From Candidatus Parcubacteria bacterium (GTDB lineage: Bacteria > Patescibacteriota > Minisyncoccia > Phycocordibacterales > JAKAEA01): a DNA stretch of 43,469 nt. A program made the translations under genes and the position numbers. Of the stretch, positions 18,005 to 27,056 are shown piece after piece (the first letter of the stretch is position 1; each line of letters opens with the position of its first letter). The DNA lies in NCBI GenBank assembly GCA_019661945.1, contig JAIFWI010000004.1, forward strand, positions 1 through 43,469, given 5' to 3'. The notes beneath the pieces are model-generated. The model did not search any database and was not told where the DNA came from. It worked only from the letters and a program-made list of their open reading frames with translations.

Positions 18005-18604
18005 ATGATTATTAATGACGATTTTATACCAAAGCGAAAGACGAGTTCAAAGTTGCCGCCAGGCCAATATGAAGAGCGTGGCTTTCCGGTGCTTTCGCTT
18101 GGCCCGACGCCTGACATAGATATTAATACATGGAAATTAGAAGTAACTGGATTAGTTGATAATCCAATTTCTTGGACCTGGCAAGAATTTAATAAATTAT
18201 CAAAAGAATTAATTATTAAAGACATTCACTGTGTCACCAAGTGGTCAAAATTTGATTCAAAATGGGAAGGCGTGCCGATGCAGGAGATTTTTAATATTGT
18301 AAAAGTTCAGCCAGGTCCGACACATCTTATTGCCCATTCATACGATGGCTACACAACCAACTTACCAATTGAAGATATTTCAAATGGCAAAGCTTGGGTA
18401 GCAACAGCATATGATTCAGATGAAATAGAAGCCGAACACGGCGGTCCGGCTCGACTTTTAGTTCCCCACCTTTATTTTTGGAAAAGCGCTAAGTGGCTCA
18501 ACAAATTAGAATTCGTTGACCGCGATCAGCCGGGCTTTTGGGAAACTCGCGGCTATCACAACTACGGCGACCCGTGGCAAGAGCAACGCTATTGGAATGA
18601 TTAA
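18005..18604 (+). CDS. Sulfite oxidase-like molybdopterin-dependent oxidoreductase (YuiH-like)
   Basis: LPPGQY, DIHCVTKWS, HGGPARLLVPHLYFWKSAKW and GFWE.RGYH. Confidence 0.92.
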   Translation: MIINDDFIPKRKTSSKLPPGQYEERGFPVLSLGPTPDIDINTWKLEVTGLVDNPISWTWQEFNKLSKELIIKDIHCVTKWSKFDSKWEGVPMQEIFNIVKVQPGPTHLIAHSYDGYTTNLPIEDISNGKAWVATAYDSDEIEAEHGGPARLLVPHLYFWKSAKWLNKLEFVDRDQPGFWETRGYHNYGDPWQEQRYWND

Positions 18605-18608
18605 TGAA

Positions 18609-18683
18609 GCAAAAGTTACTAATTTTTATGGTCTGGCCCGCGCAGACGGGAGATCCGAGGACCTAAAAATTAGTAACTTTTGC
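18609..18683. mobile_element. 75-bp MITE-like inverted-repeat element
   Basis: Perfect 20-bp terminal inverted repeats GCAAAAGTTACTAATTTTTA, a GC-rich interior, and GAA directly on both sides. Confidence 0.6.
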
Positions 18684-18693
18684 GAAATGTAAC

Positions 18694-19452
18694 ATGATAA
18701 AAAATTGGCAGGTAGGGACATTGCTAAAAAAAGAAATGGTAGCCGACAATGTTATGTCTCTGACTTTTTCACTGCCTCAGTGGCAGTCGTTTAAAGCCGG
18801 ACAACATTATGATATCCGTTTAACTGCACCGGGCGGTTATATGGCCGAGCGAAGTTACTCAATTGCCTCATCTCCTGAAGATAAAGGTATTGTAGAATAT
18901 GGCGTTCAGCTTCTCGAAGACGGTGAAGTATCTCCTTACCTTTGGAAATTAGCAGAGGGAAAACAAGTCGAAATGCGCGGGCCGATAGGCGGACACTTTA
19001 TTTGGGATGTATCCGTGCCCGGCCCGCTTATTTTAATCGGCGGAGGTTCGGGTATGGTCCCTCTTATGAGTATGCTTCGACATCATGCAAATCATTTGGA
19101 TGACCCGCCTTCGCCTGAGGGCTTCGGCGAGGCGAAGCGAGAAATTGTCTTTATGATCAGCGCTCGGACATACGAACACATCTTATACAGACGAGAATTA
19201 GAAAGAATCGGCAGCCAAGATAGAAATATAAATGTCGTAGCAACTATTACTGACAATGCCCCGGAATCTTGGTCAGGCTACAAACGCCGCATTGATAAAG
19301 AAATGCTAGAAGAAATTCTTGGAAAATATAAGAACACTGATGCTAAAACATTTATCTGCGGGCCGACACCCTTTGTCGAAGCTGTAGCCAAGCATATGAA
19401 AGCTTTAGGATTTAAATCCTCAGATATTAAAACCGAACGCTTTGGCGGCTAA
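18694..19452 (+). CDS. Ferredoxin reductase-type FAD/NAD(P)-binding oxidoreductase
   Basis: FKAGQH, RSYSIASSP, GEVSPYL, GGGSGMVP, FICGP and a terminal ERFG. Confidence 0.92.
   Translation: MIKNWQVGTLLKKEMVADNVMSLTFSLPQWQSFKAGQHYDIRLTAPGGYMAERSYSIASSPEDKGIVEYGVQLLEDGEVSPYLWKLAEGKQVEMRGPIGGHFIWDVSVPGPLILIGGGSGMVPLMSMLRHHANHLDDPPSPEGFGEAKREIVFMISARTYEHILYRRELERIGSQDRNINVVATITDNAPESWSGYKRRIDKEMLEEILGKYKNTDAKTFICGPTPFVEAVAKHMKALGFKSSDIKTERFGG
19104..19136. repeat. Short palindromic insert in the reductase, in frame (PPSPEGFGEAK)
   Basis: CGCCTTCGCC-TGAGGGCTTC-GGCGAGGCG, a GC-rich hairpin inside AT-rich coding DNA. Confidence 0.7.
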
Positions 19453-20408
19453 TGCGATCTTCTGGCGCTGTCTTTTAAAGATTTGAGATCCTTTTCAAGG
19501 TACGCCTCCGTATCTTTTATGTTATGTCTGAAGTAACTTATGAATTTTTGCTCTTCAGCCGAAAGTGAACGCGTGCCGCGAGCCTGTTCAAGTTCATCAA
19601 TATGTTCTGCTATATCATCTCGCAGGAGATGAAAAGCGCGATGGAAATCAGAATCAAATTTAGCCAGCTGATGTCGCAAATCACCTTTCAACTTTCTGGT
19701 CATATACCACATATACAGCAAGAACAATAGAAGCATCAGTAGAAATGCTAGAAGCAAGGACCAGTACTGCTGCCACCAGCGGAGCTGGCTTGTTGATACT
19801 ACGGATGTTACAACAGCCGGTACAGGTGTCGGAGTTGGAGTTGGTGCTTCTCCAGGAGTTATCGTTGCAGGAGCTGGTGTGGCCGTAGTAATTGGTACTT
19901 CAGGTGCAGGCTGCAATGTATATTCGGCATTGGTAAAATTTGTTAAAATGTCAGTCCCTTCGCCATCATTAGCCAGAACGGAAGCATTGGTATAAATTAC
20001 CGGAGCCTGACCAGTAGCAATAGCTTTAAAGTAAATTGTTATTATTTTTCCGCCTGGTCCTGTATAGCCTGGATTTGGAATTACTCCTTCAAAGTGAATA
20101 GTACCGTCTGCATTTGAAAATACAGGCTCGGCCGCCCACAGTTGAACAACTGAACCTGCTTTTGAAAGCGTCACTACCTGCAGTTTATTTTGAGGAAATT
20201 TTATCGTTCCGGACATAGCATTTGCTGACTGAGCCGATGAAGCCATCAAAACTGTCACCGCAATTGTTTGACCAACTGTATAGGTACCAGATGGAGGTGT
20301 TACCGACATTACAGCTGCATATGCCGGAAGTACTTGCAGACCAAAAATAGCTACTACCAGAGCAATAACAAAATATTTTGCAAAATAGTTAGACGGTCCC
20401 TTTAGCAT
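19449..20408 (-). CDS. Cohesin-domain membrane-anchored protein
   Basis: Signal peptide, cohesin-like ANAMSGTIKFP...VLANDGEGT, Pro/Thr linker and TM helix. Probable start MLKG at 20408 (track start 20459). Confidence 0.78.
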   Translation of the reverse strand: MLKGPSNYFAKYFVIALVVAIFGLQVLPAYAAVMSVTPPSGTYTVGQTIAVTVLMASSAQSANAMSGTIKFPQNKLQVVTLSKAGSVVQLWAAEPVFSNADGTIHFEGVIPNPGYTGPGGKIITIYFKAIATGQAPVIYTNASVLANDGEGTDILTNFTNAEYTLQPAPEVPITTATPAPATITPGEAPTPTPTPVPAVVTSVVSTSQLRWWQQYWSLLLAFLLMLLLFLLYMWYMTRKLKGDLRHQLAKFDSDFHRAFHLLRDDIAEHIDELEQARGTRSLSAEEQKFISYFRHNIKDTEAYLEKDLKSLKDSARRSH

Positions 20409-21285
20409 GCTTCTTATATATATAGTATACGCTATAGATGAGCAGTGCGCTGACAGCAATACACAGGAGAGTAAGTATAATCCAGGTCACCATTCCAAAT
20501 CCTTTTGGCGGGATTTTTTTTACGATCTCATTACCTTGATAATCAACGGCTTTGATAAAAACGAAACTGCCTCGTGATTGGTCTTTAAGAATGTAGGGAC
20601 TTTCGGTCACAGCCCATGCGTTTTGATCAGGTATATCGTCATCCGATTCTTGAACTTCGTACTGTTTCAAACCCGAAGCTTTATCCTGAGTTTGAAAGAG
20701 TAAAACCCATCTACCTTCATATAGAGATGGATCTCGGGTAATAATAGGTAGGAAATCTTCCGGCCGCTCACTATCAGAAACTTCGGTAATATCTTCATTC
20801 TTTTCTGAAGTAACAACAATAGTTTTTATCCTGAATACGGGCTTAGCATCTTCTGTTCCTTGGCCGTCATTCAAGAGTATTTTACTCTTTGTTGTGTCAA
20901 AAGAAATGCTGAGTGAGCCTGCTGTAGTCGCTTTTAAAACAAGCTGAACGATTCTACCCCCTTGTCCCTGAAATCCTCCAGGCACCACCCCAGATAATGA
21001 AATAGTACGATTTGCTGAATTAAACACTGGTTTCTCAACCCAGAGGCTAACAATAGAACCACTATCAAGAATACGTACCACCTCAGCTCCTTCATTAACA
21101 TGGATGCCAAGTTCAACAACATTAATTGATTGCTCTGCATCAAGGTAGATATCAACAACAAGTTCCTGGCCAATACCAAATGTATTTTCAGGTGTATTCA
21201 CATACACGGTTGAAGCATGCACAACTCGAAAACCTGCACTACACATCGTCACAACAATTACGATAAATAAAAGTATTTTTTTCAT
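20389..21285 (-). CDS. Cohesin-domain membrane-anchored protein
   Basis: Signal peptide, INVVELGI...SLWVEKP...ILLNDGQGT, Ig-like KAVDYQGN and a C-terminal TM helix. Confidence 0.75.
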   Translation of the reverse strand: MKKILLFIVIVVTMCSAGFRVVHASTVYVNTPENTFGIGQELVVDIYLDAEQSINVVELGIHVNEGAEVVRILDSGSIVSLWVEKPVFNSANRTISLSGVVPGGFQGQGGRIVQLVLKATTAGSLSISFDTTKSKILLNDGQGTEDAKPVFRIKTIVVTSEKNEDITEVSDSERPEDFLPIITRDPSLYEGRWVLLFQTQDKASGLKQYEVQESDDDIPDQNAWAVTESPYILKDQSRGSFVFIKAVDYQGNEIVKKIPPKGFGMVTWIILTLLCIAVSALLIYSVYYIYKKHAKGTV

Positions 21286-21286
21286 A

Positions 21287-22606
21287 TTAGCCGGTCCAAT
21301 AGTAAGCCATGATACTAAAATCGACGAGATCTATCTTATTATCACCATTCAAGCGCTCTTTTTCTTTTTCAATAAATGCGCCGACTAATGGTCTCTTATA
21401 CCAGAATGCGGCAATAGAGAAATCTATAAGATTAACGAAACCATCATCATTTAAATCACCTTTCAAGAACTTTTTTATGCCCTTAGGAATATCTTTGTCG
21501 CCAACCTGAAAAGCTACACTTCGGCTGAAAGGACTGATCTCACCACCAACAATTGATTTTGATTTAGCCGAGTGCTGGCCAAGTTCAAGAACAGATGAAT
21601 CAAATTGATGCAAATATATTCCATCTTCATCAGCCTGGGTTTGAACAAAAAATTCTTGCTCGGAATTGACGGTAATAGTAACCTGGCTTTCTGAGGCCGC
21701 CTGGCCGAAAAATGTTACTGCACTGCCTTTTTTAACAAACTCTTTATCAACATCAATTGTTGGAGCTAAAAATATACCGGTAACTCTAACCGTCACTCCG
21801 GCCGTAAGGGTTACAGGAAATGTCAAAACACCGGAGCGGATGTCATTTTTATCCTCTCCATATATTGAAAAAAGATAACTTCCAGAACCCAAACCTGAGA
21901 GATCTATCTGAAAATGACTATCGGGGCTAGCATTAATCTTAGCCACAAGCTGACCATCTCGGAGAAGTGTCACAGGTGTGTCTGGATAAGCTCGACCACT
22001 AAAAATAACTGAAGCAGTTCCAAGTTGTTGACCACCTCCACCTCCACCTCCTCCACCGCCACCCCCTCCGCCTCCCGAAGGGGCTGTCGGTTGCGACGAA
22101 ACTTCTGATGATGTAGCAATAGCATTCCCTAAAGCATCATGAACTCGAATAACAAAATAATATGTTGTACCGGCTGTCAGCCCTGTTCGAGTGCTGGCCA
22201 AGACAGCTCCGACATTAGTAAATGAATATGGACCACCTGATACTTCGGCTTGACCGATATGATAACTACCGACGGTAAAACCAAGTCCGGCTGAGGCACT
22301 TGTCCAGGTCAATGCTACCTGATTAGCTCCTGGTGTAGCCGAAACAATGGGTGTCGTTACAAAAGGAAAGTAAAGGAAACCAGGATTAACTCCAAAATTT
22401 GTTATAGAACTTGTACCAAGAGCAGGCTGTGACAATACACCATACAATTGGTAATTAGTTGAAGTAGCATATACAGCCGGAAACATATGCGGTGTCGTTA
22501 CCTCAAAGTTAGTGGATTGTTGAGCTGAAAGAGCTGCTGGTATGAGAAGAGAAATAAATGCCAGTATCAGAGTATAGAAAATAACAGTGCTGATTTTTTG
22601 GAGCAT
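21287..22606 (-). CDS. Secreted FnIII + Ig-like + dockerin-like protein
   Basis: FnIII (VALTWT...GLTAGTTYYFVIR), a 15-Gly linker (22031-22075), and duplicated Ca-binding loops GDLNDDGFVNLIDFS / LNGDNKIDLVDFS. Confidence 0.8.
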   Translation of the reverse strand: MLQKISTVIFYTLILAFISLLIPAALSAQQSTNFEVTTPHMFPAVYATSTNYQLYGVLSQPALGTSSITNFGVNPGFLYFPFVTTPIVSATPGANQVALTWTSASAGLGFTVGSYHIGQAEVSGGPYSFTNVGAVLASTRTGLTAGTTYYFVIRVHDALGNAIATSSEVSSQPTAPSGGGGGGGGGGGGGGGQQLGTASVIFSGRAYPDTPVTLLRDGQLVAKINASPDSHFQIDLSGLGSGSYLFSIYGEDKNDIRSGVLTFPVTLTAGVTVRVTGIFLAPTIDVDKEFVKKGSAVTFFGQAASESQVTITVNSEQEFFVQTQADEDGIYLHQFDSSVLELGQHSAKSKSIVGGEISPFSRSVAFQVGDKDIPKGIKKFLKGDLNDDGFVNLIDFSIAAFWYKRPLVGAFIEKEKERLNGDNKIDLVDFSIMAYYWTG

Positions 22607-22646
22607 TGATTCCTATAGTATAACCTGCTTTAATGAGCTAATCCAT

Positions 22647-23888
22647 ATGCAGAAAAGCCTGATTAAGAGGAAAAAATGCCTTATTTGTGGCTATAAACCG
22701 TTGAAAAAATACCTGGATCTCGGCAAGAGCGCTCTGGCAAATTCATATCTAATAAGATTAGATTCTAAGAAGCCAGAGCCCAGATATCCTTTGCGAGTAT
22801 TTTGTTGCTCCAACTGCCACCTAGCCCAGCTCATAGACATTGTAGATAGAAAACAACTCTTTGATGAGTATGCCTATTTTTCTTCAACCTCGCCCGAGCT
22901 CGACCTTCATTTTAAAGACTTCGCTCGACATATCTCCCAGAGATTTCCGGATCAAACCAAAAGAATGGTTTTGGATATAGGTAGTAATGATGGCGTCCTT
23001 TTAAAACATTTCAGGAAATTGGGATCAACCGTACTTGGAATTGACCCTGCAAAAAATGTTGCCGAAACTGCTCAAGAAAATGGCATCCCGACTTTGCCAT
23101 TATTTTTTGATCATCTCCAGGCTGAGAAAATTCTCAAAAAATATGGTCCTGCCGGTATTATCACCTCTAACAATACCCTAGCTCACACCGATAATCTTCA
23201 CAATATTTTTAGTGGAATTAAAAAACTTCTTGATATACATGGAGTGTTTGTATTTGAAGTCCATTATGTTGGTAATATTTTAAAGAAAAAAGAATTTGAT
23301 AATACGTACCATGAGCATATTTGCTACTATTCACTCGCTCCAATTCTGACACTCTTGGCTATGCATACCATGAATGCCTTCGATGTTGAAAAAGTCGAAA
23401 CTCATGGCGGCTCCATTCGAGTCTACGCTAGTCATCCTAATGTATTCCCTATTAAACCTTCAGTCAAAAAACTTTTTGACCAGGAAAAGAAACAGGGTTT
23501 ACATACTTTTTCTACATACAAAAAATTCAGTAATGTACCACAAAAAATCAAAAAGAATCTGACTGCCCTGTTACAAAAATATAAGAAACAAGGCAAAAAG
23601 ATAGCTGGCTACGGCGCTTCAGCTAAAGGCACTACCTTGCTGCAGTATTGCCAATTAGGACCCCAAATTATCGATTATATAGTAGACAATGCGCCCTCAA
23701 AACAAGGGAAATACACTCCTGGTTCGCACATACCAATTAAAGCCCCTGAGCATCTGAAGAAAGACATTCCTGATATCGTTGTTATTTTTGCCTGGAACTA
23801 TGCCAATTCTATTATGAAAAAAGAGGCTTGGCTCAAAAAACAAGGAGTGAAATTTGTCATCCCAATTCCAGATATAAAAGTTATCTGA
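22647..23888 (+). CDS. NDP-sugar C-methyltransferase (zinc-binding, class I SAM-dependent)
   Basis: CLICG and CSNC zinc motifs, DIGSNDG, YHEHICYYS, HGGSIR and GYGASAKGTTLL. Probable start MQKS at 22647. Confidence 0.9.
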   Translation: MQKSLIKRKKCLICGYKPLKKYLDLGKSALANSYLIRLDSKKPEPRYPLRVFCCSNCHLAQLIDIVDRKQLFDEYAYFSSTSPELDLHFKDFARHISQRFPDQTKRMVLDIGSNDGVLLKHFRKLGSTVLGIDPAKNVAETAQENGIPTLPLFFDHLQAEKILKKYGPAGIITSNNTLAHTDNLHNIFSGIKKLLDIHGVFVFEVHYVGNILKKKEFDNTYHEHICYYSLAPILTLLAMHTMNAFDVEKVETHGGSIRVYASHPNVFPIKPSVKKLFDQEKKQGLHTFSTYKKFSNVPQKIKKNLTALLQKYKKQGKKIAGYGASAKGTTLLQYCQLGPQIIDYIVDNAPSKQGKYTPGSHIPIKAPEHLKKDIPDIVVIFAWNYANSIMKKEAWLKKQGVKFVIPIPDIKVI

Positions 23889-24615
23889 ATAGTTTCGTTT
23901 TAAATCCAATTCGAGCTAAAACATATTTGCCCAAAACTCCAAAGGTTTTTAAAGCATAGACAATAGATTTTTTCATACTAATAGAGGTATGATCTTTGCC
24001 ATAATCAGCCCGTTCAGATACTTCCCCCACTTTAAGATTATGATATCGGGCCTGGGCAATAATTTCAAAGCTGTATAAATAATCATTAGAAGTATTTTTA
24101 AAGCCTATAGTTTCAATAAGCCGGCGACTGTATATTCGGGCGCCATTATGAAATTCTGTTAGCCGCAAACCTAACACCAATCGATCAATAAAGCTCAAAG
24201 AAATATTTGCCAGATATCGCGGCACGGGCATTTTATCCCGCAACGGCTGGCGGATGTCTGTGAATCTCGAGCCTAATATAAAGTCATAGCCTGATTTCAT
24301 CTTCTCAAGTCCTGGCACAATAAATTCAGGACTAAATTGGCCATCGCCATGAATTTCGACCATATACTCTGCACCCATTTCAAGCGCTTTGGCCAGACCT
24401 AATTTTATATTTCCTCCGTATCCGGTATGTTCGTGTTTGAGACATTCAATACCTAACGTATACGCAACTTTTTGGATATCATCTTTCGAACCATCATCTG
24501 TAATAAAAATACTGTCAAAAACATTCTTTGGTAGACGATTATATATCCCTTCTACCAGATGGGCACAATTATAGGTCATGATAATACCTATTACTTTTGA
24601 AGTATTACTGGGCAT
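23881..24615 (-). CDS. Glycosyltransferase family 2 (polyprenol-phosphate glycosyltransferase-like)
   Basis: ITDDGSKD, GYGGNIK, HGDGQF, ILGSRF and LTEFHNGAR. Confidence 0.9.
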   Translation of the reverse strand: MPSNTSKVIGIIMTYNCAHLVEGIYNRLPKNVFDSIFITDDGSKDDIQKVAYTLGIECLKHEHTGYGGNIKLGLAKALEMGAEYMVEIHGDGQFSPEFIVPGLEKMKSGYDFILGSRFTDIRQPLRDKMPVPRYLANISLSFIDRLVLGLRLTEFHNGARIYSRRLIETIGFKNTSNDYLYSFEIIAQARYHNLKVGEVSERADYGKDHTSISMKKSIVYALKTFGVLGKYVLARIGFKTKLFR

Positions 24616-26572
24616 TTTTTGCTACATTAAGTATATTAAGCCATTCCTTGCCATCTGGGCTTTCTGGATTTATATCTAATTCTTTTTTTACTGCGGCCTC
24701 TGCTTCTTTGAAGTTGCCCATTCTGAAATACGCCAATGCTATATAACTATAAACCTCCGGTGTTTTCCAACCGACCCTCAAAGCATTATCTAAATATACC
24801 AATGCGCGCTTTGGATTTGATTGGGTCTTTTGACCAAGTTCCATTTGACCAAGGATCATCCAAATGATTCCCTGCTTGGGGTGTTCTCTAACAATATCAA
24901 AATATGTATTCATAGCTAGGTCTTCCCGGCCAATAATGTTAAACAAGTCCCCAGCCGCTATTTGATCAAATACATGTGAGGAAGTCACAAGATGATTCAG
25001 TTTTTGTTCTGCATTCTCAGCAGTTATTTTGAATGCATTGATAATTTTTTGATTTTCAAGATTATTTCTTAAAAAAATGACCGCATACGGATCTGCGTAG
25101 ACTAAGACCCATGCTGGATCATGAGTTCTGGTATATAAAAATCTTCGTCCACCGACAATATTATCATAGTGATAAAAATAAATGGCATTGAAATTATATT
25201 TCTGAACCATTTCCTGCCATTTCGCTTGGTCTAAAATCATGGCTTGATAGGTATCTTTAAAGAACTCTGGCGAATATGCATCGCCAAAACGATTATCAAC
25301 AAACACTTTTTCTTTAGGATACAAGTGATAAATAAGGTAACTGCCAATATCGGCATCATTAAAAATCGGTCCCTTCAAATCATTTGCTTTAAAAAATTCA
25401 GCCGAACTATTTGCGTATGTCGTTAACCCAAGACCAAACTGTTCACGATAAGAGGTTATATCACGACCCCAAATCATAAGATAGAAAATAATGATGATGA
25501 GGGTGACCATCAGTGCCTGCTTGAATATATGTATGTAATAGAAATGTGTATTGAGATACCTTTTAGATTTTTCAAAAATAGTACTAAAATTTGTTGAAAT
25601 AGCGGGTAGTAAAATAAGCCCAAATAATGCCTGACTTCTAATGACAGAAAAACCAAGGACAGTAGTTCCAACACCTGCCAAAAAATAGAAAATAGGTTTT
25701 CGCTTTATGCTGACAATAAAACTTATACCTAAAAAAACAGTCATTATCATAAATACCACAACGGGCATATCAAATGCTATTGGCTGAAGTGTAAATAATT
25801 CAAATGCCGAACGATTTTCAGAAATGGTAATGGGGAAATCTTTCAGTACATTTAAGCGCAAAGCAAAAAGCGCACCCTTTGGACCATATGGATTTATCAT
25901 GCTCACTAAAACAAGAGCCCCAAGGAGCATGGCAAGTTTTTTAATAATTTTGTTATTCCATAGATTCTTGTAATTTACAATTATCTTTTCAATCATAAAC
26001 CCACCAACGAGTAAAATACCGATGCCGAAAAACAGATGGAGATTAACCCATAAAAGCTGTGCAGGAATTAACCACCAGATTCTCTTGTGGTTAGGATGTT
26101 CTTCGAGATCAAATAGAAAATAAAGAAATAAGACAATAAAAAAATAACTGAATATTTCAGGCCTTGTTGAAGACCGGCCTGATAAAATAATAATGGTAGG
26201 AATAGAAAAAAATGCCACCAGCCAAAAGTCAGCTTTTTTTAGGGCCAACCAAAACAATAATGAGAATGCAGACAGCAGTAAGATAACCTTAAAAATAACT
26301 ATCCCCGTAAAACCAACTGTTTGATTCAAAAGATAGAAAACAACGCCAGAAAGCCAATGATGATTAGCAAATGGCTGATCGGGCTCAGTGTACGAATAGA
26401 CATTCTTTGTTAAAACATCTGAATTTTTGAAAACATCTTCACCATTCTTGATGATCCGTGCCAAATCTTCCGCAACCGGTAATGGTATTTTATGGATCAA
26501 GACTGACGCATAAAAAACCAGGATGAGGATAAAAACAAGAGTTTTAAGATGTTTACTAAGAAGGGTTTTCAA
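24605..26572 (-). CDS. Polytopic membrane protein with C-terminal TPRs (possible GT-C-type glycosyltransferase)
   Basis: Many TM segments, NHHWL, RPEIFS, LWVNLH, INPYG, VFVDNR and TPR-like helices. The GT-C assignment is inference. Confidence 0.7.
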   Translation of the reverse strand: MKTLLSKHLKTLVFILILVFYASVLIHKIPLPVAEDLARIIKNGEDVFKNSDVLTKNVYSYTEPDQPFANHHWLSGVVFYLLNQTVGFTGIVIFKVILLLSAFSLLFWLALKKADFWLVAFFSIPTIIILSGRSSTRPEIFSYFFIVLFLYFLFDLEEHPNHKRIWWLIPAQLLWVNLHLFFGIGILLVGGFMIEKIIVNYKNLWNNKIIKKLAMLLGALVLVSMINPYGPKGALFALRLNVLKDFPITISENRSAFELFTLQPIAFDMPVVVFMIMTVFLGISFIVSIKRKPIFYFLAGVGTTVLGFSVIRSQALFGLILLPAISTNFSTIFEKSKRYLNTHFYYIHIFKQALMVTLIIIIFYLMIWGRDITSYREQFGLGLTTYANSSAEFFKANDLKGPIFNDADIGSYLIYHLYPKEKVFVDNRFGDAYSPEFFKDTYQAMILDQAKWQEMVQKYNFNAIYFYHYDNIVGGRRFLYTRTHDPAWVLVYADPYAVIFLRNNLENQKIINAFKITAENAEQKLNHLVTSSHVFDQIAAGDLFNIIGREDLAMNTYFDIVREHPKQGIIWMILGQMELGQKTQSNPKRALVYLDNALRVGWKTPEVYSYIALAYFRMGNFKEAEAAVKKELDINPESPDGKEWLNILNVAKNAQ

Positions 26573-26927
26573 TATTGAGCGGCGCTACATCTATAATCTT
26601 GTCAGCTACTGGGTCATAAAGAATCACTCTTTGCGCTTTTGAATAGATAAGTACTTTGTCTCCTTTCTTTGCTTTTGTAAAAAATGTCTGCTCTTTAAGT
26701 GCCTCAGGGTCTGAAACTGTGGCTACAGTTGGTTCCTCACCTTGAGGCAAGACCATAAGCTGTCCTACAGCCTTAACGACTAATGCTGCTTGTTGCTGGG
26801 TACTCTGAGCACTGCCAGTTGACCATAATTTATAGGCTAAAAACCCTGATGTACCGACGGCTAGTAAGGTAATAAGGAAAAGACCCGTCCATATGATTTT
26901 GATTCTCTGTAGATTGGGCATACCCAT
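26556..26927 (-). CDS. Membrane-anchored hypothetical protein
   Basis: N-terminal TM helix followed by LP.GEEPTVATVSD...FF..AKKGDKVLIY. Confidence 0.75.
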   Translation of the reverse strand: MGMPNLQRIKIIWTGLFLITLLAVGTSGFLAYKLWSTGSAQSTQQQAALVVKAVGQLMVLPQGEEPTVATVSDPEALKEQTFFTKAKKGDKVLIYSKAQRVILYDPVADKIIDVAPLNIENPS

Positions 26928-27018
26928 ATGATACCGAGTTCAGCATTTTAAATCAAATGACGATCCCCACTCAGAAATCAACCTATTTTAGCGGTATAAT
27001 ATATTTATAAATAGTATC

Positions 27019-27056
27019 ATAAAAAGAAAAGACCCCTGAGGGTCTTTTCTTTTTAT
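27019..27056. terminator. Perfect 17-bp inverted repeat, bidirectional-type terminator
   Basis: ATAAAAAGAAAAGACCC-CTGA-GGGTCTTTTCTTTTTAT at the stop of the serine hydrolase gene. Confidence 0.8.

Noticed and set aside
22031-22075. Poly-Gly tract as a phase-variable repeat
   Set aside because: Codons are mixed GGN and changes would preserve frame; it is best read as a flexible linker.
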